Shown piece after piece: positions 1 to 9,882 of a stretch of 64,000 bases of DNA. Below the pieces are notes generated by a model. The model was not told where the DNA came from and ran no database searches. It saw only the letters and a list, made by a program, of their open reading frames with translations. This DNA is from Spirochaetia bacterium. Lineage in GTDB: Bacteria; Spirochaetota; Spirochaetia; CADAEX01. The position numbers and the translations under genes were made by a program. The stretch spans positions 64,001 to 128,000 of the forward strand of contig JAZURI010000010.1 in NCBI GenBank assembly GCA_045606105.1, written 5' to 3'. The number at the start of each line of letters is the position of its first letter. Position 1 is the stretch's first letter.

Positions 1-302
1 ATGTTGTTTTCTACATAGGTATACGGATTTTCTATGGAGTATCTGACGCCGGCCTGGGCTGCCAGGTTACATACCACATCAAAATTCTTTTCCTCCAGAA
101 AAGAGAAAAGCTCTTCCCTGCAGCACATATCCAGCTTGCGGAAATCAAGTCCTTCAAGCTTTTCAAGACGGCTGTTCTTCAGCTCCACATCGTAGTAGGA
201 GTTCATGGAATCAATGCCTGTGATTTCGGCATCGGTTTTCATAAGTCTCCGGCAGAGATGGTATCCTATGAATCCGGCTGCTCCGGTAACAAGTATTTTC
301 AT
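1..302 (-). CDS. NAD-dependent nucleotide-sugar epimerase, UDP-glucuronate 4-epimerase-like (3' end runs off the window)
   Basis: Not in the ORF track. Manual translation from ATG at 302 gives MKILVTGAAGFIGYHL...IDSMNSYYDVELK...NLAAQAGVRYSIENP, the Rossmann GxxGxxG plus the AAQAGVRYS motif. It lies downstream of ugd. Confidence 0.88.
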   Translation of the reverse strand, partial: MKILVTGAAGFIGYHLCRRLMKTDAEITGIDSMNSYYDVELKNSRLEKLEGLDFRKLDMCCREELFSFLEEKNFDVVCNLAAQAGVRYSIENPYTYVENN

Positions 303-304
303 TT

Positions 305-748
305 TCAGTGCTCCACCACGTCTCCGTTTACGATCTTGATGACCTGTGTGGTGGATATTCCCTGTGTACGAGGCACTACCACTACACGGCCCTGCTTATA
401 AAGGTGACCGAACCAGTATTTTACATATTCCATATCGTCTGCAGCAATGAATATGGCATCAAGCCTGTATTTTTCCATGAAGTCGTTTACTGCAGCCTCT
501 TCCAGGGCATGAGGTCCCCAGCTGCGGTCAACTATAACGGCATCATCCACATAACGGCAGGACTTTACAATTTCCAGCCTTTCGTTTTCGGAAAAAATCG
601 GTTTCCGTTTTTCCTGAATGGTAAGCTCATCGGAATCGATTGTTGCCACCACCTCACTGAACATTTCCTTTGCCCTTTTCAGAAGACGGACATGTCCCAC
701 ATGAAAAAGATCGAATACTCCGTTTACCGCACATCTGTTGTATTTCAT
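305..748 (-). CDS. Cytidylyltransferase, TagD/glycerol-3-phosphate cytidylyltransferase-like
   Basis: GVFDLFHVGH (HxGH) motif and C-terminal RTQGISTT. Start placed at MKYNR (748), just after the ugd stop. Confidence 0.85.
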   Translation of the reverse strand: MKYNRCAVNGVFDLFHVGHVRLLKRAKEMFSEVVATIDSDELTIQEKRKPIFSENERLEIVKSCRYVDDAVIVDRSWGPHALEEAAVNDFMEKYRLDAIFIAADDMEYVKYWFGHLYKQGRVVVVPRTQGISTTQVIKIVNGDVVEH

Positions 749-749
749 A

Positions 750-2054
750 TTACCGTCCCACCGCAAGATATGTGAAGCCACCCTTTTCCAGAGTATTTCT
801 GCAATATATGTTCCTCAGATCCGCAAAAACATTTCCTCTCATAAGCTGTCTGATCCGAGCTATATCGAGAGAACAGAACTGCTTCCATTCGGTAAGAAGA
901 ACCAGAGCATCGGCTCCGTCTGCAGTTTCATAAGGATCTGTACTGTATTTTATACTGCTACCGAGGATCTTTTCCGCCTCTTTCATTCCTTCCGGATCGC
1001 AGGCTGTAATTTCCGCCCCATCCTTCAGAAGTTCGGGAATTATCACCAATGAAGGGGATTCCCTCATGTCATCTGTTTCAGGCTTGAAGGTAAGCCCCAG
1101 TATACCGATCCGCTTTCTCCGGAGATTGCCTCCCAGGGCTTCCTTTATCTTTTCCGCCATCCTGAGCTTCTGCCGGTTGTTGACCTCGGTTACTGCTTCA
1201 AGAATCTCTGATTTAAGTCCGTTGTCCCGGAAAATCCTGATAAGGGCTGAAACATCCTTCGGAAAACAGGAGCCGCCGTAGCCCGGACCTGCCTGAAGAA
1301 ATCTTGAACCGATTCTCCTGTCAAAGCCCATTCCCCTGGCCACATCCAGGACATCGGCCCCGGTTTTTTCACAGAGGGCAGATATTTCGTTGATAAATGA
1401 TATCTTGGCTGCAAGAAATGCGTTGCTGGCATATTTTATAAGTTCCGCAGTTTCTGTATTTGTCATGAAGACAGGGGTTCCGGAATCGGCAAGAGGGCCG
1501 TAGATTGTTCTCATCACTTCCCTTGCACGGGAGCTTTCGGCACCTATAACCACACGATCCGGTTTCAGGAAATCATCTATTGCCGATCCTTCCCTGAGAA
1601 ATTCGGGATTGGATGCCACATCAAAGTCAGCTTCCGGATTTTCCTCCCTGATTACCTGAGCCACCTTGCCGGCTGTTCCCACCGGTACGGTACTTTTATC
1701 TACAATAACGGTATATTTTCTGAGATGGGAGGCAAGCTCCTTCGCCGCCGCAAATACATAGGAAAGGTCGGCATGTCCGTCGCCTCTTCTGGAAGGGGTT
1801 CCCACTGCAATGAAAACCGCATCGGACTCCTCTATATGAGGGGCGTAATCCATGGAAAAAGCCAGTCTGCCTGCTTCTGCATTTCTCCTGACCATTTCAT
1901 CAAGGCCCGGCTCATAAATAGGAATCTGCCCTTTAAGCAGGGCCCCTATCCTCTCCTCGCTTTTATCTATACAAACAACATCCCAGCCGAATTCCGCAAA
2001 GCATGTTCCTGAAACAAGCCCTACATATCCGGTTCCGATGACAGATATTTTCAT
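750..2054 (-). CDS. ugd: UDP-glucose 6-dehydrogenase
   Basis: IGTGYVG, PIYEPGL, NPEFLREG, GYGGSCFPKD catalytic Cys and FKPETDDMRESP. Start at MKISV, preceded by AGAGGA. Confidence 0.95.
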   Translation of the reverse strand: MKISVIGTGYVGLVSGTCFAEFGWDVVCIDKSEERIGALLKGQIPIYEPGLDEMVRRNAEAGRLAFSMDYAPHIEESDAVFIAVGTPSRRGDGHADLSYVFAAAKELASHLRKYTVIVDKSTVPVGTAGKVAQVIREENPEADFDVASNPEFLREGSAIDDFLKPDRVVIGAESSRAREVMRTIYGPLADSGTPVFMTNTETAELIKYASNAFLAAKISFINEISALCEKTGADVLDVARGMGFDRRIGSRFLQAGPGYGGSCFPKDVSALIRIFRDNGLKSEILEAVTEVNNRQKLRMAEKIKEALGGNLRRKRIGILGLTFKPETDDMRESPSLVIIPELLKDGAEITACDPEGMKEAEKILGSSIKYSTDPYETADGADALVLLTEWKQFCSLDIARIRQLMRGNVFADLRNIYCRNTLEKGGFTYLAVGR

Positions 2055-2061
2055 TTTTCCT

Positions 2062-3306
2062 CTACTTTGAACCAAAACCTGTAAGAATGGTCTTGACTGT
2101 TTTTATAAAGATCAGCAGATCCAGCCAGAATCCCATATATTTAACATAATAAAGGTCATAGCTGAGCTTTTCTTCCGTCTCCTCCACTCCTGCGGCATAT
2201 CCCTGGACTACCTGTGCCCAGCCTGTAATACCCGGCGATGTAAGATGACGATATGCATAAAAAGGGATCTCCCTTTCAAATTCCTTTACAAAGCAGACCT
2301 GCTCCGGTCTGGGGCCGATAAGACTCATGTCTCCCTTGAGAACATTTACCAGCTGAGGAAGCTCATCAATCCTGAACTTCCTGAGAAATTTTCCCATAGG
2401 AATGATACGGCTGTCGTTGGTACAGGTAAACTTTGCTCCCTGGGCCTCGGACTCTGTAATCATGGTCCTGAACTTGTACATCCTGAAAGGCTTGCCTCCG
2501 CGGCCCACCCTTTCCTGAATAAAAAGAGCCGGTCCCCTGGAATTGGACTTGATGATGATGACGGCAAAAAGACAGAGAGGAAGAATAAGAGGAAGCCCCA
2601 CAATAACGGCAAGACATTCAAGAACCCGCTTTACCGCGAAATAGAGCTTCGGTACCTTGAATCTGGAAACCACACCGGAGGAAAGATGGCGGAGAGAAAT
2701 TCTTCCCGTTGCTTTCTCGTAAACAGTTGCAGCATGGTAGATAGGAATATTGGTAAGGCTTACATTGGCAATAAAACGCATCCATTCCGGAGATATCTTT
2801 TCGTGATAATCGATAATGATTCCGTCACAGTCCTTATTGATTTCAGGCTTTTCGAGAAGCTCCCACCGGTGGCTTCCCTTCTTTGCCAGCTCAAAGCCCA
2901 GCCCCACAGGACAGATAAGGTAGAAAAGGCTTTTCGGATTCCGGTACATGTAGAGCCCCAGTCCGATCCAGAAAACGGTGAACAAATAGAAAATCACCAG
3001 GAATTTTCTTGAATAATAGACCCTGCCTACTGCGATTACCGAAAGCATGATGCAGAGCACAACGGTTATGACAAAAGCCGCAATACCCAGCTGCTCTCGG
3101 AAAGAAAAGCGCTTAATCCTCAGCGACACTATGCCGGCTGCAAGATATCCGAGAATACATATCGAAAGAAAGGTCCTTTTATAAATTGCATCCCAGAATC
3201 TGAAATCCCCGTAAACCAGATAATAGGTTCCGAAAATCATCACCACCATTCCGAGAACAGTCCATACAAGTGCCTTTATAAGAGAACTGTCAATCTTGTT
3301 TTTCAT
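2062..3306 (-). CDS. Priming polyprenyl-phosphate sugar-1-phosphate transferase (WbaP/WcaJ family)
   Basis: Four N-terminal TM segments plus bacterial sugar transferase motifs KFRTM, LRKFRIDELPQ, MSLIGPRPE and PGITGWAQV. Confidence 0.92.
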   Translation of the reverse strand: MKNKIDSSLIKALVWTVLGMVVMIFGTYYLVYGDFRFWDAIYKRTFLSICILGYLAAGIVSLRIKRFSFREQLGIAAFVITVVLCIMLSVIAVGRVYYSRKFLVIFYLFTVFWIGLGLYMYRNPKSLFYLICPVGLGFELAKKGSHRWELLEKPEINKDCDGIIIDYHEKISPEWMRFIANVSLTNIPIYHAATVYEKATGRISLRHLSSGVVSRFKVPKLYFAVKRVLECLAVIVGLPLILPLCLFAVIIIKSNSRGPALFIQERVGRGGKPFRMYKFRTMITESEAQGAKFTCTNDSRIIPMGKFLRKFRIDELPQLVNVLKGDMSLIGPRPEQVCFVKEFEREIPFYAYRHLTSPGITGWAQVVQGYAAGVEETEEKLSYDLYYVKYMGFWLDLLIFIKTVKTILTGFGSK

Positions 3307-4399
3307 TCTTCTCCCTTTCCCCCACACAGGTAAACGCATATGCAAAAGTCAGAAGCGGTATGTAAATATTGGTCCTGTAACGAATGGCCGCTCCCGGATT
3401 CATTACCCCCTGGATATACTGGGCAAAAAGCAGAAGCACAACTGCCGCAAACCCGAATATCAACCACTGATAGTATACACTGAATTTCCTGAAAATATAC
3501 ACCGGTGCCTTGCGGAGAAGATAAACGAAAGAAAGCAGCAGAAAGCAGTTTTCGATAAAGGTTGCCTTATGCAGCACCGATTTTCCCAGCTCGGCCAGAG
3601 AAGGACCCCACAGGGAGAGTGGCATGAGGTACGGCATCTTGCGGATAAAGTCAAAATGCTCGGTAAAGACAGGCGCTCTCGTAGAACGGGCGGTACTTCT
3701 GTATATGGTATGGAGCTTGTTTAATGTATAGGTGTCTATCTTGTAACGGCACAGGTAAAAGGCCCCGAACATGCACAGCACCATGATTATCAGCAGCACA
3801 AGCTCGGTTTTCCAGGAAAGCGTTATTCTCTGCCTTACGAAAATATAGACAATGGAAAGAGCCAGGAAAGGAATGTAGTAAAATTTTATTACGCAGATAA
3901 ACCAGATTGCAAAAACCAGCGGAACGGAAAATTTTACCGGTTCTCCCTTGAAGAACTTAATGATCTGGGCACAGACGATTCCCATGGAAAATACGACAAG
4001 AGCCTCTTTGCTGGCAGTGGATGACCAAATAGTGAAAGAGGGGCTGAAGCAGAGCAAAATCAGGAAGGTGTACATTTTGGTATTGGCTGTTTTTGCGGCC
4101 TTGAGCAAAGTCCTGATTCCGTACCAGGCAAGACAGGCAAAAACCACGTGCACGAGAACCCTTACCTGAAGCACGCTGCTTACGGTACCGACAACCAGTC
4201 TCGGAAGGAGAACCCAGTCGGTGAATACCCGGTGACCATACTCCTGAAACATCTGGGCAGGTCTTGAATTGAGATAGAGATTAACATCACCCAGCCTTGT
4301 CAGATTGGCAATGACATATTCCGCCAGAAAAGAAAAAATTACCCTGTAGAAAAGCAGATATGTGATAAGCTTGTCAGGAGTGAAATATTTGTTCTTCAA
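3290..4399 (-). CDS. Polytopic membrane protein, putative Wzy-type polymerase
   Basis: About 10 hydrophobic segments, RLGDVNLY and NPGAAIRYR loops, location in a glycan locus, TTG start with AAGGTGAG RBS. Confidence 0.6.
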   Translation of the reverse strand: MKNKYFTPDKLITYLLFYRVIFSFLAEYVIANLTRLGDVNLYLNSRPAQMFQEYGHRVFTDWVLLPRLVVGTVSSVLQVRVLVHVVFACLAWYGIRTLLKAAKTANTKMYTFLILLCFSPSFTIWSSTASKEALVVFSMGIVCAQIIKFFKGEPVKFSVPLVFAIWFICVIKFYYIPFLALSIVYIFVRQRITLSWKTELVLLIIMVLCMFGAFYLCRYKIDTYTLNKLHTIYRSTARSTRAPVFTEHFDFIRKMPYLMPLSLWGPSLAELGKSVLHKATFIENCFLLLSFVYLLRKAPVYIFRKFSVYYQWLIFGFAAVVLLLFAQYIQGVMNPGAAIRYRTNIYIPLLTFAYAFTCVGEREKNEKQD

Positions 4400-4408
4400 A
4401 CGCTCACC

Positions 4409-4436
4409 TTGCTAAAATATTATAATCTGTTATACT
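4409..4436 (+). promoter_or_regulatory. Sigma70-type promoter for the ABC ATPase, overlapping a divergent -10 for the wzy-ugd block
   Basis: TTGCTA (4409-4414), 16 nt, TGnTATACT (-10 at 4431-4436). ATTATA at 4419-4424 reads TATAAT on the minus strand. Confidence 0.5.
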
Positions 4437-4460
4437 ATATATTAATAACAGGAAAAATCG

Positions 4461-5168
4461 ATGTCCATAATAAAACTGGAAAATGTAAAAAAATATTATA
4501 CTCTGGGAAAAACAGAGGTTTCTGCCATAAAAGGGGTCTCCTTCGACATAGACAGAGGAGATTTTGTCTCAATAATCGGCCCTTCCGGTTCCGGAAAGTC
4601 CACCATCCTCAACATGATCGGATGTATTGATGTTCCGTCTGAGGGAAAGGTCATAATCAACGGCCGGGAAACTTCCCATCTTTCCGACAGGGAGATAACC
4701 GAGCTCCGCCATGAGGTTCTGGGCTTCATCTTCCAGTCCTTCAACCTTCTTCCGGTACTCAATGTCTATGAAAACATTGAATTTCCGTTCCTTATCGGCA
4801 AGAAAAAGTTCACTTCCGCCGAAAAAAAGGAGCATAAGGATTATATCGAGCACCTTATCGATGCCGTAGGGCTTACAAACTGGAGAAATCACCGTCCCAA
4901 CGAGCTTTCGGGAGGACAGCGGCAGAGAGTAGCCATTGCCCGTGCCCTGGCAACAAAACCTAAGGTTATCCTTGCAGATGAGCCTACCGCCAACCTGGAC
5001 AGCAAGACCGGAGAGGATATCATTGCCCTCATGAAGAAAATCAACAAGGATCTCGGTACAACATTTATCTTCTCAACCCATGACCAGAATATTTTCTCTA
5101 TTGCAGACCATGTGATCCGCCTGAAGGACGGACTTGTGGTTGAGGATTTCAGACAGACCGATAATTAG
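4461..5168 (+). CDS. ABC transporter ATP-binding protein, LolD/MacB-type
   Basis: GPSGSGKST Walker A, GFIFQSFNLLP, LSGGQRQRVAIARAL, ILADEPTANLD and STHD. Confidence 0.93.
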   Translation: MSIIKLENVKKYYTLGKTEVSAIKGVSFDIDRGDFVSIIGPSGSGKSTILNMIGCIDVPSEGKVIINGRETSHLSDREITELRHEVLGFIFQSFNLLPVLNVYENIEFPFLIGKKKFTSAEKKEHKDYIEHLIDAVGLTNWRNHRPNELSGGQRQRVAIARALATKPKVILADEPTANLDSKTGEDIIALMKKINKDLGTTFIFSTHDQNIFSIADHVIRLKDGLVVEDFRQTDN

Positions 5169-6364
5169 AAGCTGGAGGAAATTTCCACAAACAGGGTAAA
5201 TGCCAGCTTGGAATCGATAGGAAAGTCATCGTAGAAGTCATCATCCAGTTCCTTGTGTCCATAGTTCCAAGGTACTGCAAGATTAATTTTCACATGCTTC
5301 CACGGAGAAACACTGAGCCCGCCGATAAACTGTCCCGATTCGCTTTCAACGGAGTGGAGCCATTTGAGACCAAGACTGACAGGGGTTCCGAACATGTTGT
5401 TCCAGTTGGTGGCCATACCCAGACAGTGATCCGGGTCATCTTCTATTCTTCCGTCGTAGTAGTACTCGCCGTAGAGCTTATAGTCCTCGCCGAATTCCTT
5501 GTAAAAACCGAACAGAGCCTCGTGGGTATATTCATCAAGATCATTGTGGGTAAGTACATAATCTGAAAAAAGGTCGGTTCCCAGAATAACAGTCTTGACA
5601 CCGCCCATTATCTTTTCACCGTCTGCCTCGTTGAAGAGTCCGGACAATGTAAAGTTCACGCTTCCGAAAGTCTTGTCTGCCAGACCGGCAAAGGAAATCT
5701 CATCGCTGTGGAGCTTGTCCTCCTCTCCCGGATGAGGGCGCTTCTTATAAAGGGAAACCAGGGAAACCCCGTCAAGCATGTTGGGCAGGGACATTCTGAA
5801 AGCAGTTCCGTTTTCGCAGTCATCCATGAAGTCGGCAGGACGGAAAAGACGGCCGTGACCCCAGGTCATGTAGAATTTTCCCAGCCTGAGATAGGCCTTG
5901 TCCAGCCAGTTGTAATCGCAGTAAAGCTCATCAGCCTCCAGCATGGACCAGGTATCGCTTCCCTCCTCCGAATCAAGCTCTGTCATGAGCTTTCCGAAAA
6001 TGCGGATAGTGGAATCGGGTCTTATGTCAAATGAAACGGTAGCCTTTGAGTAGGCACCTGCAACCTTTTCAGGCTCGGAATCGGGAGGAAGCTCGTCCCA
6101 TCCCATACCGCCACCTCCGCGGACCAGGAAATGCCCCTTTACGGTTACCTTGTCGCTCTGCTCGAACTGGCTGCGGTAATCTATGTCGTTGGGAACCTCG
6201 ATGACTATATCTTCCTGAGGCTCTTCAAATATGCTGTCCAGCTCCGGTTGTATCTCCGGTATCGGTTTCGCTTCAGATTCAACCTCCATCTCCAGTTCTG
6301 TCTGGGCATGGAGAGCAAATGGAATCATAAGAGCAATTACAGCTGCAGCAAGAAGTTTTTTCAA
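5165..6364 (-). CDS. Predicted outer-membrane beta-barrel protein
   Basis: Sec signal peptide (MKKLLAAAV...ALHA-Q), alternating amphipathic strands, LRLGKFYMTWG and a terminal Phe (LFVEISSSF). Confidence 0.65.
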   Translation of the reverse strand: MKKLLAAAVIALMIPFALHAQTELEMEVESEAKPIPEIQPELDSIFEEPQEDIVIEVPNDIDYRSQFEQSDKVTVKGHFLVRGGGGMGWDELPPDSEPEKVAGAYSKATVSFDIRPDSTIRIFGKLMTELDSEEGSDTWSMLEADELYCDYNWLDKAYLRLGKFYMTWGHGRLFRPADFMDDCENGTAFRMSLPNMLDGVSLVSLYKKRPHPGEEDKLHSDEISFAGLADKTFGSVNFTLSGLFNEADGEKIMGGVKTVILGTDLFSDYVLTHNDLDEYTHEALFGFYKEFGEDYKLYGEYYYDGRIEDDPDHCLGMATNWNNMFGTPVSLGLKWLHSVESESGQFIGGLSVSPWKHVKINLAVPWNYGHKELDDDFYDDFPIDSKLAFTLFVEISSSF

Positions 6365-6370
6365 AATTTT

Positions 6371-7141
6371 TTACCTGTTTACCTTTTCAAGATATTCTTT
6401 AGTATACAGGGAATCAGGCTGTTTGTTAAGGGATGGGTTCTTGATTGTTACCATAGTTCTTTCATATTCGGTCTTTTCTCCCACCCTGCGGAATACCAGA
6501 TGATCCTGAATAACAATATTTACGGGAACCCAGCGGTCGGAAACCTTCTGATAGCTTGGAATGGCAGAGGTTCTCATAAGCTGCCCCGAAAGGCTGTAAT
6601 CCTCTATTTTCCTTACCAGCCTGTCCTCTGAGACCCAGATTTTTACCTTAGGGAATGAAACCTTGTTGTTTTTGGCTTTCAGAGTGAATACGGTACAGTC
6701 AAACTTACCCAGCTTCTGCTTGGCTATCGCTTCGATTTTGTAATCCTTGGAATAGCTGGAGCCTGTAAAGTCTGAAATACGGAAGCTTGAATTCTCGAAC
6801 CTGTCCTTGGCGCTGGTGAATGTGAAGCTTTTTCCCACAGGGTCGTAAAGCCAGAGGTTATCTCCCAGTTTCAGGTATCCCTTTCCCTTGTCTGCCACAG
6901 GCTGCAGGATAAGAACCAGGAACTTTTCATCCTTGTCTCGGCGGAACATGGCTGCCACAGTTGTGGAGGTGGATCCATCCGGGTCCTTCTTGACTATGGT
7001 ATATTCGGCCGAAAGGTCGGTTTCGTTGAAGGCAACCAGGCTGTCGACCTGCTTCAGCATCTCCTGATAATCGGTATGCTGGGCAGAAGCAAAGGCTGCG
7101 GAGCAAAGTATAAGTACTGCAATCAATAAAAATTTCTTCAT
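6371..7141 (-). CDS. Outer-membrane lipoprotein-sorting protein (LolA-like fold)
   Basis: Signal peptide, LILQPVADKGKGYLKLGDNLWLYDP motif typical of LolA-like proteins, adjacent to LolCE-type permeases. Confidence 0.8.
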   Translation of the reverse strand: MKKFLLIAVLILCSAAFASAQHTDYQEMLKQVDSLVAFNETDLSAEYTIVKKDPDGSTSTTVAAMFRRDKDEKFLVLILQPVADKGKGYLKLGDNLWLYDPVGKSFTFTSAKDRFENSSFRISDFTGSSYSKDYKIEAIAKQKLGKFDCTVFTLKAKNNKVSFPKVKIWVSEDRLVRKIEDYSLSGQLMRTSAIPSYQKVSDRWVPVNIVIQDHLVFRRVGEKTEYERTMVTIKNPSLNKQPDSLYTKEYLEKVNR

Positions 7142-7145
7142 GGCA

Positions 7146-8435
7146 TCATTCCTTTCTGAGAGCTTCCGCAGGAGGCATGAGAGAGGCCTTTCTTGCCGGG
7201 CCCCAGGCTGCAGCCACTACGGCAGCTATCATGAATACAAGATTAAGAAGCACTGTCTTCAGGCTGATAAAGAACTGAAGTCTTCCGTTTTCGGTAAACA
7301 TTCCGGCCACTGATATGCTTCGTAAATCAAACAACCCTATGAAATAAAAAGTTACAAGTCCGAGTATAAAGCCCAGTATTGAGGAGATTACCGCCAGCAT
7401 CACGGCTTCGTAGATAAATATCCTCTTTACAGCCCCGGCCTGCATTCCCATGGCCCGCATGGTTCCTATTTCCCTGGTTCTCTCGTAGACCAGAACCCGG
7501 TATGTGTTCAGGATTCCCATCATTACGATAAGGAGGAAAACAAACAGTACAAAATAGGTACATACTATAAAGGCATCCAGAAGGTTCTTTAGCTGCTCCA
7601 GCTGTGCATCCACCGACATGACTCCCGCAATCTCGTCGTTGTTGTGCCTGTTTCCGGATCTGTAGCTGCTGAAATCCTTTCTGGTTTTGATAGGGGGAAA
7701 AACATCCTTGGTTTCTGCCAGGGAGCTGCGGATCTTTTCGGTCAGCTTAGGGATATCGGCCCCCTCCTTGGCATACACGGCTATCTCAGTAGCCCAGTCA
7801 TGCTCCTTGTTCATCAGAAGGTTCAGGATTTCACGGTTCATATAAGCCGCATATCCGAAGATATTGGTCTCCCCGAAGATTCCCTTTACCACAAGATTGG
7901 CCACATTGTACTGCCCCTCGATGGTCTTTATGTAGATAAGTACATCGTCACCCATACGGGCCCCCAGAAGACGGGCCGCCTCCGTACTTATGATTATTCC
8001 GTTCTTTCCCTCTTCACCAAGCATGTTCTCCATGGCTCCTTCCACAAACGGAAGCCTGGAAAGCTCCTTTCCTTCGCTCTTGAAATCGGCACCGACAGCC
8101 CTGAGAAGCCTGATATAGTTTCCTCCGAAGAAGAGCCTGACCTCGCTGCCGTAATAGATGGTTCTCGGAGAGATGGTCCTTATAGGAAGCTTCTTCTCCT
8201 GAATGATTTTTATATATTCCTTTGAATCAGGAATGGACATTCCGGTATTTTCAAAGCCGTATACTATAACATGGCCTGAAAAATAACGGGCTGCCTTGGT
8301 CTTGATGGTTTCAAGGGCTCCGTATGAAAGACCTGTAAGAACGGTAATGAGCATGAAGCCCACCGCAATGGCCAGACCCATGAGGGCATATCTTTTTCGC
8401 TGAAGGAAAAGATTCCGGAGTGCAATACGGAACAT
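7146..8435 (-). CDS. ABC transporter permease, FtsX/LolC-E/MacB family
   Basis: IALRNLFLQRKR start, ERTREIGTMRAMG and C-terminal PARKASLMPPAEALR. Confidence 0.9.
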   Translation of the reverse strand: MFRIALRNLFLQRKRYALMGLAIAVGFMLITVLTGLSYGALETIKTKAARYFSGHVIVYGFENTGMSIPDSKEYIKIIQEKKLPIRTISPRTIYYGSEVRLFFGGNYIRLLRAVGADFKSEGKELSRLPFVEGAMENMLGEEGKNGIIISTEAARLLGARMGDDVLIYIKTIEGQYNVANLVVKGIFGETNIFGYAAYMNREILNLLMNKEHDWATEIAVYAKEGADIPKLTEKIRSSLAETKDVFPPIKTRKDFSSYRSGNRHNNDEIAGVMSVDAQLEQLKNLLDAFIVCTYFVLFVFLLIVMMGILNTYRVLVYERTREIGTMRAMGMQAGAVKRIFIYEAVMLAVISSILGFILGLVTFYFIGLFDLRSISVAGMFTENGRLQFFISLKTVLLNLVFMIAAVVAAAWGPARKASLMPPAEALRKE

Positions 8436-8436
8436 A

Positions 8437-9882
8437 TCAGCCCCTCCCCATTATTGCCACAGGCTGAATCTTTACGGCAATGGATACCGGATAGATCCAG
8501 GAAAGGGCACCCACCACCGCGGCTCCCGCAAAGTGCATGAGTATGTTTTTCAGGGTTACCGCAGGCTGAAGCCTGTCGCCGCCGAACATGGTTATGAGAA
8601 GATCGTTTTCCAGGGCAATTCCGCCGGAGAAACAGAGTGAGATTATCACACCCAGAATAATACCTATGGTGGAAGCCGCCAAAGTAAGGATCATGGATTC
8701 CGAAATGAAAAGGAGACTGATGAACGGCTTGCCTGCACCGATTCCGCGCATGGTTCCTATTTCGTAGCTTCTTTCCAGTACGGAAATGACAAGAGCGTTC
8801 ATGATAACCAGAACGGCCCCTATGATGATGAAGATAATACCGATATTGAATGCAGCCTGAAGGGCAAATACCATCTGGGCACTTATACCGGCTCCGCTTC
8901 TCCACCCTTTTATGTTTACGCTCCAGTGGTTCTCGTCCGCCATTCCGTCAAGCTCACTCCTGAGGGCTTTTGCATCGGATGTCTTGAAAAGGACAAAGCT
9001 CCAGGCTGTGGATGAGGCCTCTACTATGGCATCCCTGTCTGATGTATCTGCAAGGATGGTCTCTATGTCGCTGAGAGAAAAGGTTTCCTCTGTTTCGGAA
9101 ACCGTATCCTCTGCCTCGGCAAAAAGATCGTCGAAATCAAAGCTCTCTTCCTCTGTGTCGGATTCTGTTGTTTCTTCCTCCACCACATTTCCTGCAGTGT
9201 AGTCTATAAGTCCCCTTACCACGGTCGGATCGGCAAGCAGGATGGCATCAAAAGGGGCCCCCTTGTTTACATACCGGTGACATCCGGCAAAGGTTCCCTT
9301 CCTGATCTTGAAGCTGCCGTTGGAATAAAGGCTGAGCTTTATTTCGGTTCCCGGCTGAAGGGTGTGTCCCAGCTTTGCCTCTGCCTTCTGAAGAAGAGGC
9401 TCACATATAAAGATTCCGCCTGATGAAATATCGGCAGGATTTCCCCGTACTATCTCGATTTCCGGGCAAACGCTGAAATAGCTGTCCGGATCGATTCCGA
9501 ATACAGCGGCGGTATTCCTGAACTTCCCTGTCTCTACTGCGGCAGCGGCTGCAACCACCGGAGTATAGCTTTCGGCATTCTCCAGATATTCAAAGGCACT
9601 GCTTATCTCCGCATAGGCCGGAATAGAGGGGATAACCTCGTAGTCATCAACAACCGGTATCTCGTTTCCGAAAAGGCTGAACGAGGTTTCGCTTTCCGCA
9701 GCCAGCACCACATCTCCCGTAAGGCTGTTCACAAAGGAATCCCGTACTCCCTTGTCCGCACTTTCGAATACCGAGTTGGAAAAGAAAAGGAAGGCCACAC
9801 CTACGGCAATCAGTGTGCCGAGAAGGAGAGTCTTCCGCTTGTTGCGGTATAGGTTTCTAAGTGCCAGCTTCAGAATCAACAT
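8437..9882 (-). CDS. ABC transporter permease, FtsX/LolC-E/MacB family, with an acidic insert
   Basis: LALRNLYRNKRKT, ERSYEIGTMRGIG and YPVSIAVKIQPV. Contains an E/D/T-rich insert in the periplasmic domain. Confidence 0.9.
   Translation of the reverse strand: MLILKLALRNLYRNKRKTLLLGTLIAVGVAFLFFSNSVFESADKGVRDSFVNSLTGDVVLAAESETSFSLFGNEIPVVDDYEVIPSIPAYAEISSAFEYLENAESYTPVVAAAAAVETGKFRNTAAVFGIDPDSYFSVCPEIEIVRGNPADISSGGIFICEPLLQKAEAKLGHTLQPGTEIKLSLYSNGSFKIRKGTFAGCHRYVNKGAPFDAILLADPTVVRGLIDYTAGNVVEEETTESDTEEESFDFDDLFAEAEDTVSETEETFSLSDIETILADTSDRDAIVEASSTAWSFVLFKTSDAKALRSELDGMADENHWSVNIKGWRSGAGISAQMVFALQAAFNIGIIFIIIGAVLVIMNALVISVLERSYEIGTMRGIGAGKPFISLLFISESMILTLAASTIGIILGVIISLCFSGGIALENDLLITMFGGDRLQPAVTLKNILMHFAGAAVVGALSWIYPVSIAVKIQPVAIMGRG

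Noticed and set aside
4400-5168. Phase-variable invertible segment around the ABC ATPase gene
   Set aside because: No terminal inverted repeats seen and no site-specific recombinase in the window.
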